From the NCBI RefSeq assembly GCF_009914755.1, contig NC_060928.1: DNA of 64,000 bases. One strand, 5' to 3'. The notes below the pieces were generated by a model. That model saw nothing but the letters and a program-made list of their open reading frames with translations, did no database searches and was not told the origin of the DNA. Both the position numbers and the translations under genes were made by a program. Position 1 is the first letter of the stretch; each line of letters opens with the position of its first letter. Below are positions 37,575 to 51,278 of this stretch, one piece after another. The stretch comes from the human T2T-CHM13v2.0 reference genome, Homo sapiens.

Positions 37575-38179
37575 TAATGTTTACAGAGCATTCTTGATTT
37601 ACTTTTTATATTTCTACATTTTTTAAGAACTTCCCCAGAGAGTTATAAATAATGATAGAAAGTATTTTAATTGTGCTAAAAGTTTTTCTAAAAAATAGGT
37701 TTGAGTGTGACATTTAATGTATTGAAAGCAACTAAGGAAAAAACAGGACTGACTATTCTGAGATTTGGGTTTCTGGTTAACTTTCTTTAGGCTTAATGAA
37801 AAAATGAGTTAATTACCAGCTAAAGTACATGGTAGGCTACTGCACAATGATGGAAAATTGCCCACTTAATGATATGTGTGAAAGGATAGTGAAGAAGGAG
37901 AAAAAGGGAGCCATTTTAAAATTCATTTAACTTCAAATATATATTTAAAGCCTTTTTTTAATGTTAGTAAGAACTGCCTGATTAAATGGATCCTTATAAG
38001 TCAAACTTTTATACTGAGAGTTTGATCACAGTACATGTGAAGAATAATAAACACTCTTGAAGGTGCTCACGGTCCCAGGACTGATTCCAGAGAACTAGCT
38101 ACCTACCATACAGCGTCCTCTGATTCAGCCTCACAGAAGTTGTCTCACAGTTCACCATCAAAAGTAATGTCCAGAAATA

Positions 38180-39300
38180 ACCAAGGTAGGGCTTCCAGAA
38201 CAATGAGGTAAGGAATTCAGCAGACTGTCTCCTCAGCAAAGCAGCAATTTAACTGTTGAAAATTATGGAGCAAAACAAAATAAAAGTCTTTTAAAGTCTC
38301 CAAGAACCATCCTCAAGGTATACAGCAAATAGAGAATTATTCATTCAAGAAAATATACTAAATCTCAGGCTGCAGTTTCACCCTGGAGGAGTAGGCCTCT
38401 GGTGTTTTTCAGCTCTCTGCCCCTCCTCCTCCTAGCTCCATGTTGTGGAATCTCAATTCCAGGTAGGTATAGCTGAGACAACCAAGTCTCTCTTCCCCTA
38501 ACCAGTCTCTAAGCGAGGCACAGCAAGTCCAGAACACGGAGGCCCACCTTCCCCTCCCTGCACTCACTGTAGGGCAGAGGTTCCCTCCCAGGAGAGGTAA
38601 CCCAGAAAACCAGGGGCTGCTCCCCAACCTCAAGTGTCTAATTTTACAGCAGGGTGTCACCCCAGGGAATGGTGCAATGGTGCAGGAGCCCTGCCCAGGA
38701 GGAAAGGCAGATCTGGCTGGGCACGGTGACTCACGCCTGTAATCCCAGCACTTTGGGTGGCTGAAGCCGGTGAGTGAAGAGCTCCATAGATTTCCCTGAG
38801 AGGACTTTGTTTACTTGGGAAAGGGAATGGAGAACTTTCCGGGCTAAGTTTGTTGTTGAAAGCAATACAGATCTTGGTGAAGAGCAATTAATAGGAGGCT
38901 GATAGCTCCATAATATATCAAAACATATTACTAGTGGCACCGTCAAAACAACACAGCAGCCAGAAGTTTTAAAGAGAGAACCAAGGAAGGAGCCAAGAAG
39001 AGCCTTCCTGGGATCAAAGTCAACTGTGAGAATTCGAGAAAGCAGGGCTCATGTGCTAGGCTGCACCCTCTCAGGAGCAATTATGGTAGGATACGGGGTA
39101 GACTTGAAAGCATTCTCCATGCTGTACATAGACCCATCAACACAGGACAATAGCCTCAATGGCACAAGGGGCTTAAATTCAACATCTGACTGAAACCAAT
39201 TGAACAATAAACTATTCTGACCCCTTACTCCTTGGAAACCAGGCTTTAAAGTGACATCACTGTCATCCCTGGCAGTCTGAAAAACTGTGTATATGCCCAA
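38180..39300 (+). mobile_element. Possible old L1M 5' region
   Basis: tacagcaaatagagaattattcattcaagaaaatatactaaatctc resembles old L1M 5' sequence as I recall it; boundaries uncertain. Confidence 0.4.
38715..38772 (+). mobile_element. Isolated Alu 5' fragment (about 58 bp)
   Basis: ggctgggcacggtgactcacgcctgtaatcccagcactttgggtggctgaagccggtg then abrupt loss of homology. Confidence 0.85.
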
Positions 39301-39828
39301 GGCATTTCTCTGTCAGTTGCTAGAGTGGGAATCTCCAAGCTACTAGTCCCTGGCTGAATGTGTAAAGTGCTTACCACAATATCTAGCAGATGGGTGAATT
39401 CTGATTAGTGGTAGCTATTATTATTATCATCATCTATAGTCAGAATTCTTGGTTTCAAGTGACAAAAATCCAACTCCTACTAGATTTTGGAAAATAGGAA
39501 TTTATTGGCTTACGTTATGAAAAAGACCAAAAGTAGATATGCTAGCTATATCTGAGTACTTAAATTATGTCAATGAAACCGTCTCTATCCATTTCTTGGC
39601 TTTACTTTATGTTGGCTTTGTTCTTAGCAAGCTTTCCCCCCTAGTAATATGATGGCCTACAACTCACCAGCTATCTAACTACAGTTTGTTTGTTTTTTTC
39701 TCAAGCAAAAACAAAAACAACACAGAAAAAACCTGTCTCTTTTTCAATAGTTGCAGTAAAAGTCTTGGCTAGAGCTTTCATTGGCCTGTCTTGAGTTACA
39801 TTTACGTTCCCAAGAAAATGAAATGTTC

Positions 39829-40121
<293 letters not shown>

Positions 40122-43100
40122 AAGAAAATGAAATGTTCTTATTGGGCAGGCTTGGAGCTGGGGAATGGAGACATCTTCAACCAACACGTGGACTAAAAGC
40201 AGGTAAAGTATGGTTTCCCCAAAGTTAAATCAAGTAGAATATATGGTATATATACTAGACAGGCAAAAACAGCAGACTTTCAATACTGCATATGTAATGA
40301 TATGCATTAACACAACAACATGTAATACTGGACACAGGAAGACAGTTATAAGTGAATCTTAAATCGTCAACTCACTCAGCAAAAGCCTATTTATAGAATG
40401 TAGCTTGTGCCCTTTCCAAAGTGAGTAAACAGGTTCTACCAATATTAACGTGCACAAATTGTTCTGTGGGTAGAGATGTTCCATAGAAAACATCCCACTT
40501 CAATTTCTATATAATTAAATTGTCGTAACACTTGAAAAAATACAACTGAACTTAATTATCATGAGAAAGATAATCACTAAGGCATTAATTATCTCAGGCA
40601 GCATGGTACAATAGAGAATAGAAGTAAAAATCACAAGATATAAATTCTGCCAAAAATAGAGTAATAATAATTACCATATATTGAGTGCTTATTCAAAAAG
40701 GTTTTATCTGTTTTCTTATCACAACAACTCTAAAGTAGGTATTATTATACACATTTTATGGGTGAAGAAACTGAGAGTCAGTGGTTAAGTAATTTGCCCA
40801 ATGTCACACAGCTGATACATGACAGAGCAGGATTTGAATCTGTCCTGTTTGCTACGAAAGCCTTGGTTTTTTGTTAATGGGCTATGGGACTTAACCTCTT
40901 CATTCCTAATTTCTAAAGTAAGAGACTGTGCTTTAATTATCTTTGAAGATGCTTCTCAAAAATCCAGTGATTACTTAAGGGTTTACCTTTAATTTCTCAT
41001 CATTAATTTGGGGTATCTTTTAAGAAGGATTTTGAATCAGTTAGAACACCCCTCTATTTTTATGTATGTCTTTAATCATGGACCAAAAAAAGAGTATCAC
41101 TGCTTTGGTGAGAACACTCTTCGTGTGCATGTCATAGTCAGTACTCTCTGTATAACCACAAAGGAAACTGTACATTTGACAAATGTTTTTCCATTGGGAC
41201 CTCACATACAAAGAATAAATTTTGGCAAAGACAAAAGTGATTAACGATAGAACAGGAAAAAAAAGCTCCATCTATATTTCTGCACTCATGTACTGGTTTA
41301 TATGTGAAGTCTTATGGGTTTGCTTATTGTTTGTTGGGGAGGTTTTTTGTTTGTTGTCTTATTGCAATTCTGCCAACCACATATCTCTTCATTCTTGCCG
41401 AGCCTTTTTTTTCACATTTGAATCTGAATTCATTACTACTTTTAAAAGCATGAAAATGTACTAACTTGCTGCAAATAGCTTTACTTAAATTTTTGTACAG
41501 GATGAAAATGAGAATTTGAGCAACTTTTCTGCTTGAATACTTTTAGGTATTCTGTAAACTGTGAGAAAAGATGTAAAGGAAAAAAGATAGTGATACTCAT
41601 TTTGCTGTGTAAAATGTATTCATTCTGTGTAAAATGAAAGTGTATTTATATAGCTTATCTTTTCAGAGGTGGAATACATAAAATGTCTCTGAAAACTAAG
41701 CAGCATTAACTAGATGTTAGCTATTAATGTAATAATAACTGGAGGGTGTGTACAGTATAGGGATTAATGGTGAGTCCCCTGGAGTAAGAATAACCAGGTT
41801 CACATCATAGATCTTTCAATTACTAAGTATAGGTCAGTGTCCAGACATTTAATTCCTCTTAAACTTTACAGTTTCCTTATCTATAAATGGGGGGAAATAA
41901 TAGTGCCTCCTTTACAGATTGTTGCAAAGATCAAACAAGATAATGCATGTAAAACACAATGCATGTTACATAGGAGGCACTTGGGTTGGCTTTCCTACTC
42001 TACCATTAATAGCACTACCACTGCTATTACTCTGAAAATTACAAGCATCTTGAGAGAGAATCAGACCCCCAAGAGCTCATCTGTACGTATTAGTGTCTGC
42101 TCTTAAAACGCAGTGGGTTAGGAATTATGCCGAGCATGTAAATTTTAGCTAGCAGCTGTCATATTCTGTAATTTAGTCTAGAATTTATAAATATTTCAAA
42201 AATATTGAAAAATTCACAACTATGCTCATGGGAGAATATAATGAATATTGATATTACATTTAAGTTTTCTTTGTTTTAAATTTTGGTGGGTTTTTTGCAT
42301 AGTATGTTATTGTAGAATATTTCCATTGTTCCTTCAGCAAATACTTATTATGAGTCTATGATGGGCCAGGCATAGTGCAATATACAAAGTACTAATGTAA
42401 AATTTGTAAGACATGTTTCTTGCCCTTAATACCCTTAGTGGGTTCAAAGCTAGTGACAGAAAATAGATATATAAAGAAATAATTTTATAGCAAAATACTA
42501 TGCTAGGCACAATAATGGTCTCTCCAAAGATGTCCACATCTTAATCCTCAGAACCAGAGAATATGATATCTTACATGGCAAAAGGAATTTTGCAGATGTG
42601 ATTAAATTTAAGGACTTTGAGATGTGGAGAGTATCCTAATTATCCAGGTGGATCAAACTGATTTCACATGGGTTCTTAAATACAGAGAACTTTTAATTTG
42701 TCTTGACTTAATTCTTGTATATGGTGAAAGGTAGGGATCCAGTTTCATTCTTCTGCATATGACTAGCCAATTAAATAGGGAGTCCTCAACACCATTAAAT
42801 AGGGAGTCCTTTCCCCATTGCTTGTTTTGTCTGCTTTGTCAAAGATCAAAATATTTACATGTAAGACCTCAGACTATCCTAGAAGAAAATCTAGGAAATA
42901 CCCTTCTCAACATCGGCCTTGGCAAAGAATTTTTGGCTAAGCCCCCAAAAGCGATTGCAACAAGAACAAAAATTGACAAGTGGGACCTAATTAAACTAAA
43001 GAATTTCTGCACAGCAAAAGAAACTATCAACAGAGTAAACAGGCAGCCTACAGAATGGGAGAAAATTTCCACAAACTATACATCTGACAGAGGTCTAATA

Positions 43101-43429
43101 TACAGAATATGTAAGAAACTTAAATCAACAAGCAAAAAACAAATAACACGATTTTTAAAAGGACAAAGGACATAAACAGACACTTCTCAAAGGAAGACAT
43201 AAAAGCGGCCATGAAAAAATGCTCATCATCACTCATGAGAGAAATACAAATCAAAACCACAATGAGATACCATCTCATACTAGTCAGAATGGCTGTTACT
43301 AAAAAGTCAGAAAACAGATGCTGGCGAGGCTGTGGAGAAAAGGGAATGCTTATACATTATTGGTGGGAATATAAATTAGTTCAGCCACTGTGGAAAGCAG
43401 TTTGGAGATTTTTCAAAGAACTTCAAACA

Positions 43430-44073
43430 CTCTGATGTAGTTTCTTTTGCTGTGCAGAAGCTCTTTAGTTTAATTAGATCCCCTTTGTCGATTTTGGCTT
43501 CTGTTGCCATTGCTTTTGGTGTTTTAGACATGAAGTCCTTGCCCATGCCTATGTCCTGAATGGTATTGCCTAGGTTTTCTTCTAGGGTTTTTATGGTTTT
43601 AGGTCCAATATTGCAGCACTACTCACAATAGCAAAGACTTGGAACCAACCCAAATGTCCAACAATGATAGACTGGATTAAGAAAATGTGGCACATATACA
43701 CCATGGAATACTATGCAGCCATAAAAAATGATGAGTTCATGTGCTTTGTAGGGACATGGATGAAGCTGGAAACCATCATTCTCAGCAAACTATCGCAAGG
43801 ACAAAAAACCAAACACCGCATGTTCTCACTCATAGGTGGGAATTGAACAATGAGAACACTTGGACACAGGAAGGGGAACATCACACACAGGGGCCTGTAG
43901 TGGGGTGGGGAGAAGGGGGAGGGATAGCATGAGGAGATATATCTAATGTAAATGACGAGTTAATGGGTGCAGCACACCAACCTGGCACATGTATACATAT
44001 GTAACAAACCTGCACGTTGTGCACATGTACCCTAGAACTTAAAGTATAATAAAATATATATATATATTAAAAA
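43430..44073 (+). mobile_element. L1PA4-like element with 5' inversion (43430-43608 antisense), nested in the older L1
   Basis: 15-bp TSD aaagaacttcaaaca (43415-43429, 44074-44088); ORF2 end LIGGN and L1PA 3'UTR. Confidence 0.92.
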
Positions 44074-44252
44074 AAAGAACTTCAAACAGGGCTACCATTT
44101 GACCCAGCAATCCTATTACTGCATATATACCCAAATAAAATAAATCGTTTTACCAAAAGACTCATGCTCTCATATGTTCATCATAGTGCTATTCTCAATA
44201 GCAAAGGCAGAATCAACCTAGGTGCCCATCAATGGTGGATTGCATAAAGAAA

Positions 44253-44349
44253 ATGTGATATATATATATATATATATATGTATATGTGTGTGTGTGTGTG
44301 TATATATATATATCACATATATTACATAATGTATATATATTATGTAATA
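44253..44349. repeat. (TA)n(TG)n(TA)n microsatellite with palindromic flanks
   Basis: Direct reading. Confidence 0.9.
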
Positions 44350-45744
44350 CTGCACAGCCCTAAAAAAAAACAGTCATATCCTTTGTAGCAGTCAACATGA
44401 ATACAGCTGGAGACCACTATCCTAACCAAATTAATGCAGAAACAGAAAACCAAATACCACATGTTCTCACTTATAAGTAGGAGCTAAACATTGGGTACTC
44501 ATGGACATAAGGATGGCAACAGTAGACACTGGGGACTACTGGAGGGTGGAGGAAGAAAGTGGAGTGTGGGTTGAAAAACTACCTATTGGGTACTATGCTC
44601 ACTGCCTGAGTGATGGAATATATACCCCAAACCTCAGCATCATGCAGTATACCCTTGTAACAAACCTGCACATGTGCCTCCTGTATCTAAAATAAAAGTT
44701 GAAAGTATTTTTAAAAGAGCTAAAGAAATAATTTAAAATTAAAACTTTTGAGGCCCCTAATTTTGTGTCCTCTTTATACAGTATTTATGAAGAATTCTAT
44801 ATTTCTCTGTGTTTGTTAACAACAGTTAAATGTAGGCAGTAAAAAATACAGGTGTTCATTATACCAGTGTTTCTCAAAAGGTGGCGAAAAGCTAGGTTTT
44901 TGTTTTTCAGTTCATTGCTGACTGATACATTTGTAAAATATAGTAAAAATGATGTGGTATAAAATTGCTATAAAAGTTTCTAAATTTAAAAAAAAAACTT
45001 TTTTTCACTGTAGTCAGAGGAAAATGTTAACTACTGAAGAATGGTCAAAGAGGTGCAGTACTGCTAGCTTTGAAGATGAAAGAAGAGGAGCCAAGGAATG
45101 TGGGCAGCTCTAGCAACTGGAAAAGTACGGAAATAGATTCTCTTGAGCCTCTAGGAAGAAATTCAGTCCTGCCAACATGACTTCTAATAGACAGAACTGT
45201 AAGATAATACATTTGTGTTGTTTTAAACCATTACCTTTATAATTCTTATGGAAGCAATAGAAAACTAATATTAAGTACAAGTTCTCTTTACTTGAGGAGT
45301 ATATGTGGAGAAATAAAAGAAAATAAGGATCACTTTCCAAAGTTGACCCAGAAGAGCTAGGAATAATTTTTTCAAAAGACATGCAAAAGTCATTGTTCCA
45401 AAGTGGATCACATACCCTTTCCAAAACTAGCTCTAGTAAAGAGAAAATTACTCTTAGAATCATCTCTGGAACTGAGTAGGTAGAATTCACTTCACCTGAA
45501 GAATGAAGGCTGGATTTAAGGTTCTAATAGGGAAGAGGAAAGAAGACTGGATGCTAAGTAATGTCCACAACAGAAATACTGCTAATCCCATAAAAATATG
45601 TACATTGTTTTCAGATTACTGTAGTAAATAATATTTTGGAAAATAGTGCCCATCTTTGGTTTGGCCAAAAAAAAAAAGGAGCAAAGTAGAAAATCTATCA
45701 AATACTTCTCTAATGCCTGCCAGAAAAATACATGATAATTTCTT

Positions 45745-46570
45745 CCTGTTTATTCAACAAATATTTATTGAGATGTTTCTATATGCTGCTATTTTCAGGA
45801 CATAGCGTTTGCTACATATTCATATCAGAGGATATCAGTGGCCAGCAAAAATAAATACTGTTCCTAGTTCATGAAGTTTATAGTACAGGTAGACATTAAT
45901 CAAATAATGACACACATTGGCATTGAGTCAGAATGCATTGAAAGAGCATTACCTGATGCTGTGAGACTGAGTTGAAGCTTAAGCTAAGACCAAAAGGAGA
46001 GGATGCCTTAACTAAGCAAAGGAGAGAGGAAATAGTTTTTTGAGCAGAGAAAAGAGCACGTGCAAATCCCTGTGGCGAGCAAGAGCTGAAAGACCTCTGT
46101 GGCTGAAATAAAGACAGGAAGGCTGATGACAGAATGAGGCCAGAGACCCAGATAGAAGCCAGACTAAGCAGGGCCTCATAGATCATGTTAAAGATTTTGG
46201 CCTTAATCCTAAAAGCAGGATGGAGGTGGCATGATTGAATTTGCACTTGGAAAGAACCACTGTGGCTACATTGTGGTATATAGATTATAGGGGAGCTAAT
46301 GGACTTGTGCAGTAGCAGTGTTAGGAAACTATTGGAATAGTCAAGAGATCTTAGTAGACTCTTAGGATTATAGCAGTAGATGGAATAGTATATACACTTT
46401 AAAGAAATACTTAGAAGGTAAAACAAAGAGAATATGGTGATGAGCTGGATGTGGGTCATGGGGAAGAGGGAGAGGGAGGGGGTCAAGAATGCCTTAGAGT
46501 TCTGACCTTTGGATGTGGCATATGGATGGTGGTACCATTCACTGACCTAGGGAGCATCAAGAGAGCCCTC
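45745..46570 (-). mobile_element. L2 LINE fragment
   Basis: tttattcaacaaatatttattgag end motif; purine-rich antisense L2 body. Confidence 0.75.
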
Positions 46571-46958
46571 GTCCTCACAAATCAGCCAGATGGTTTAAAT
46601 TTTATTGTAAACAAGAACTTCTAAAAATAATTGAATCGGATGACCTTTTGATAGCTGCATGAGACAATCCAGAAAAAGCAATATGTTGTTACTTGTAGTA
46701 GTTTTGTGACACCACATGCATTTCATTGTATCTCATAACTCAAGTCATAATATAGTCCTTTCTTAATACAATTTACCCACTTGCAATATATTTGTAATAA
46801 GTTAATTCTACTTAATTATCTCAGCTTGTCAATGTTGTAAACTTAAAAAAAAAAAAATAGAAATGCACCAGTTGGTGGAAAGAAGGGAGGGATCAAACTC
46901 ATCGACTATAACCGTGCAGGCCTTTACCTCAACTTATTTCAAGTATCTCTTATTCCTA

Positions 46959-47178
46959 CAGTGAAGTGCTGGTGCTGGCTCCTACCAATCGTCAAAGAGC
47001 AAGTTGTTAAATTTTCAGGAACTTTTTGAGCTGGCTGTTAATAGTTTGAAATTGGCCACAGTGGAAGTACTAACACTACAGAAATTGGAAATCACAACAG
47101 AATTGGCAAACGCTGTAAAATAGAGCTTCCCCCAACCCCCAACAAAGCCCATTGTTAAACATTTACCAACACACCAGT
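46959..47178. mobile_element. MER63-like hAT DNA transposon
   Basis: cagtgaagtgctggtgctggctc...gttaaacatttaccaacacaccag; homologous to 54039-54243. Confidence 0.7.
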
Positions 47179-48571
47179 CTTTGTATCCTTTAGAACTGTG
47201 TTATTTGAGAGGATATCCTAGATACATAAAATACTGTAATGAGATTGACTATAATCTCACTGATTGAAGAATATTGATCATTTTCCTTTTCCACGTTCTT
47301 TTTTTTTTTTTCTTTTGCCTGCCTGGAAACTGACACCCTTTCCACATTCTTAAATGTCTTCCTTTAGGGTTGTTTGAACCCCCTATCCAATTCATTGCTG
47401 GATATATTTGATGTTTCTACAGAACTTCATTTGTGAAGATATGTTACTTTTAGGCATTAGCCTAGTGATTTTTTTTTAAACTTTTTTCTTCTTCATCAGA
47501 TTACCCAGATTAAGAAGTATTTCAGTAAGGTGGCAAAGTTTTAGAAATTACTGAATCTGGTTGATACGTATATAGGTTTATTATACTATTTTCTCTAGTT
47601 TTGTGTGTGCTTAAATTTTTTTATAATTAAAAAAAAAGAAGAAGAAGCAGGCTGCAACAGCCACAGCTTGCCCAGACCTGTCCTTACTGGGTCTTCAGCT
47701 TCCAGTCTCAATCCCACCAGCTGATCTCAAGATCTGAGATAATGTGAGCATTGCTGTCTCCTCGCCTGGCCTGATTTACTAACTCTCTGTTTTGATTTAA
47801 GTGTTGCAACACCTCCTTCTTCCCCTGAAAAACCCACAAGCATTTGTAGATTTAATTTATTTTACAAAGAATTTAAACCTTCAGACAGTACCTACCACAT
47901 CCAGATTAGGGTACTTTCTTCGTACTAAAACCACAAAAATACTGAAAAAAAAAGTCTTAAAAAGCTTCAGTAACAACAAAAAAAACCCCAAAGTACAATG
48001 AGTGCATAGATTACAAGAAATTGGGAAGAGTAAAAAAAAAAATTTTTTTAAGAACTTTAATAAAAAATGAAGAAAAAAAGGCCAGAAACAGTATCAACAT
48101 GCTGAACACTGGAGAAATAGAGAGGGATGAGGGATCAGCAGAATTACATACTAAATCGAGGACTCTTCAAGTTCTACCCTAAAGAAAAGAAAGCTTTAAT
48201 ATTAGGCAAGAATAAGGGTTTTTTTAAAATGTAGTATATTGTTATGGATCATATCAAAGTACAAGAAACATAAAATTGACCCAGTCATAATATATCAGTG
48301 AAGGAAAAAATAATTTAGAAATCAATTTTTTAAAAAAAGAAAAGATCCACAAATTATAACTTAAGAGAAAACTATCAGTATCAAAAAAGGATCACATAAA
48401 TCATTTTATGGATTAGAAAACTGAAGTTCAGGAAAAGTGAAGTAATTTGGCTAAGGTCATGTCACTCAGTTAAAGTGTTGCAGCCTGGATGTGAACTCCC
48501 TAGATAACTCTACAACATTTTGTTCTTCTCACTCTTTTTCTGATAGAAGTGAAAATCCAAAAGTAATTTTA

Positions 48572-48877
<306 letters not shown>

Positions 48878-49663
48878 TTATATAAAAGTATAGCTCAAAA
48901 GTAAATCTGGCTTGAACACATGATGTAGACTCAACAAAGATGCCCCAGTGAGTCTCATTTTTCTACTACCTCATCAGTCCCCCTTGGTACTCATTACTGT
49001 ACATAAATTACTAGTATATGGGAAAAGCCCATTTCTTAAAGTCATACTGAAAATCATTTTGTCTGATTTTCTATTTTAAACAAAAGTTAGATTTTTTTTC
49101 ACTCTTCCCTTAAAGATTTATTTTAAACTCTATGTGTACAATAGAAAATAAGGCTTCATATAGCCATTTCTTTAATGAAAAAAATATTTTTAATTATTTA
49201 CTGATCGATGACTGAAATGATCAAGCTTTGGTTTCTACTAAAAGAATGTAAGTTTGATTCAGATGTTTGAAGAATGTCTTAAAATTTCCTCAAATTCATT
49301 GGCTGTTTGTGGCAGATGATTTTGTGACACTCCCTTATAAGATAATTAATTTTGCTTTCCTTTGGCCTATACGGCATACTTAATGGTATTTAATACTTAT
49401 TATGTGAAGCCCTATATCTAAAGGCTTTTTAAACGTATAATAAATTCTCCATCATGTACATACTATGAGCAAATAATTCAATAATTATTTGAATCATGCC
49501 TCCTAAATAAAATATATTTAAATAAATTATAATTATCTCACCTACATGACAGTTTTTCTTTTGTGATTCTACTAGGGTCTGGGGCGGTGGGGAGGGGGAG
49601 AGAAACTATACCAATTATTTTAACAAAGATAATTTAATATAAGTAATTGTTAACTGGGTATTG

Positions 49664-49849
49664 GAAAAGCATGGTCACCAGATCAGCATCATAAGCATCA
49701 CCTAGAAACTTCCTAGAAATGCAAATTCTCAGACTCCAACTTCACCCCTGACTTACTGAATCAGAAACTCTAGTAGTAGGCCCAGCAAGCTGTGCTTTAA
49801 CAAGCCCTCCAGCGGATTCTAACGCATGCTAAAGTTTAAAAACCACTGC
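49664..49849. mobile_element. MER5A hAT-Charlie MITE
   Basis: agaaatgcaaattctcag...tactgaatcagaaactct...taacaagccctccagcggattct...gctaaagtttaaaaaccactg. Confidence 0.85.
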
Positions 49850-50804
49850 ACTAAAATATCACCAAGACAACCACTCATAGGACTGGGCAGAAAGAAAAAG
49901 AGATGGATGGACTTACTGAAACTGAGAAGCTTCAAAAAGGCCCCCATGGAACTGAAATTCAGACTTTTGAGAACAGGTCACTGCTTGCCTGGTACTGATT
50001 TCTCTGAGTTCAGAGGAGGGAGCCTATAGACCTGGGAACCAGGTATCTGAGGAAGAAGCACCCAGTAATTGGAGCTGGCATCTCAAGAAGGCACATTGAG
50101 ATTGGTTCTACAAGTGTTGGAAAACCCCCAAATTGCAATCAGCTGCTACTACTAGCAGGCACTATTGCTGTCGGAGTGAAGAATTGTTGCTAGAGTGAGA
50201 CTTAACAGGATTAAGAAACCCATCCGAAGGAAACAGCAAATTCCTTCTTCCTTCTCTACCTGTGAAGTGTCACGCTGGTCCCTCTATTGGCAGAGCCTAA
50301 CAGGGAGACAGAAATGCTTGCAGAATTCCAAAGAGTGGGTTTGAAGCCAAGAGACAGTAGCTTACTGTCATGGCCTTAATTATAATACAAGTGGAAGATA
50401 ATAGAAATAATACTTTAGGTATGTATAATTGGGTGCATGTAGACATTTTCTGGGATACTAACTACTGGGTAGACATTTGGCCTTATTGTAAAAAAAAAAA
50501 ATTTGTATTAAAACTATTTGTTTCTCCTGATGAAATTAATAAGAGGCATTTAGGGCATCTATATAATGAACAGGAAACTATGCAAGGGCCTGCGCTGAAG
50601 TCTGCTTAGCTGAGCCTAAGACAAAGATCACAGCAGTAGTGGCTGAGGATTGCTCAATAATAACAGCAAACATGCTTTGGTCATCTGAGGCTCGGTTTCT
50701 TAACGTCTTAGTGTCAAAGGAACCGTCTAAAAAGAATCTTACCAGGACAGAGCAGTCAGGCCTTGCCTCATAAAACAGGAGGGTGGCAGAAAAGGGTGTT
50801 CTGA

Positions 50805-51278
<474 letters not shown>

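Larger units (their letters stand above)
42695..44704 (+). mobile_element. L1PA15/16-like element with 5' inversion (42695-42848 antisense)
   Basis: Antisense ORF2 piece then sense ORF2 C-terminus; 3'UTR ...gttgaaaaactacctattgggtactatgc...ctaaaataaaagttgaaa. Confidence 0.85.
42497..45271 (+). mobile_element. MLT1E-like MaLR LTR split in two (42497-42694 and 44996-45271) by an L1 insertion
   Basis: 5' half: aataatggtctctccaaagatgtccacatcttaatcc; 3' half: agccaaggaatgtgggcagctctag...cagaactgtaagataatacatttgtgttgttttaa...gcaatagaaaactaata. Confidence 0.8.

Noticed and set aside
45896-46486. 196-aa minus-strand ORF
   Set aside because: Within a degenerate L2; Ser/Leu/Phe-rich composition from pyrimidine bias; no recognisable domain
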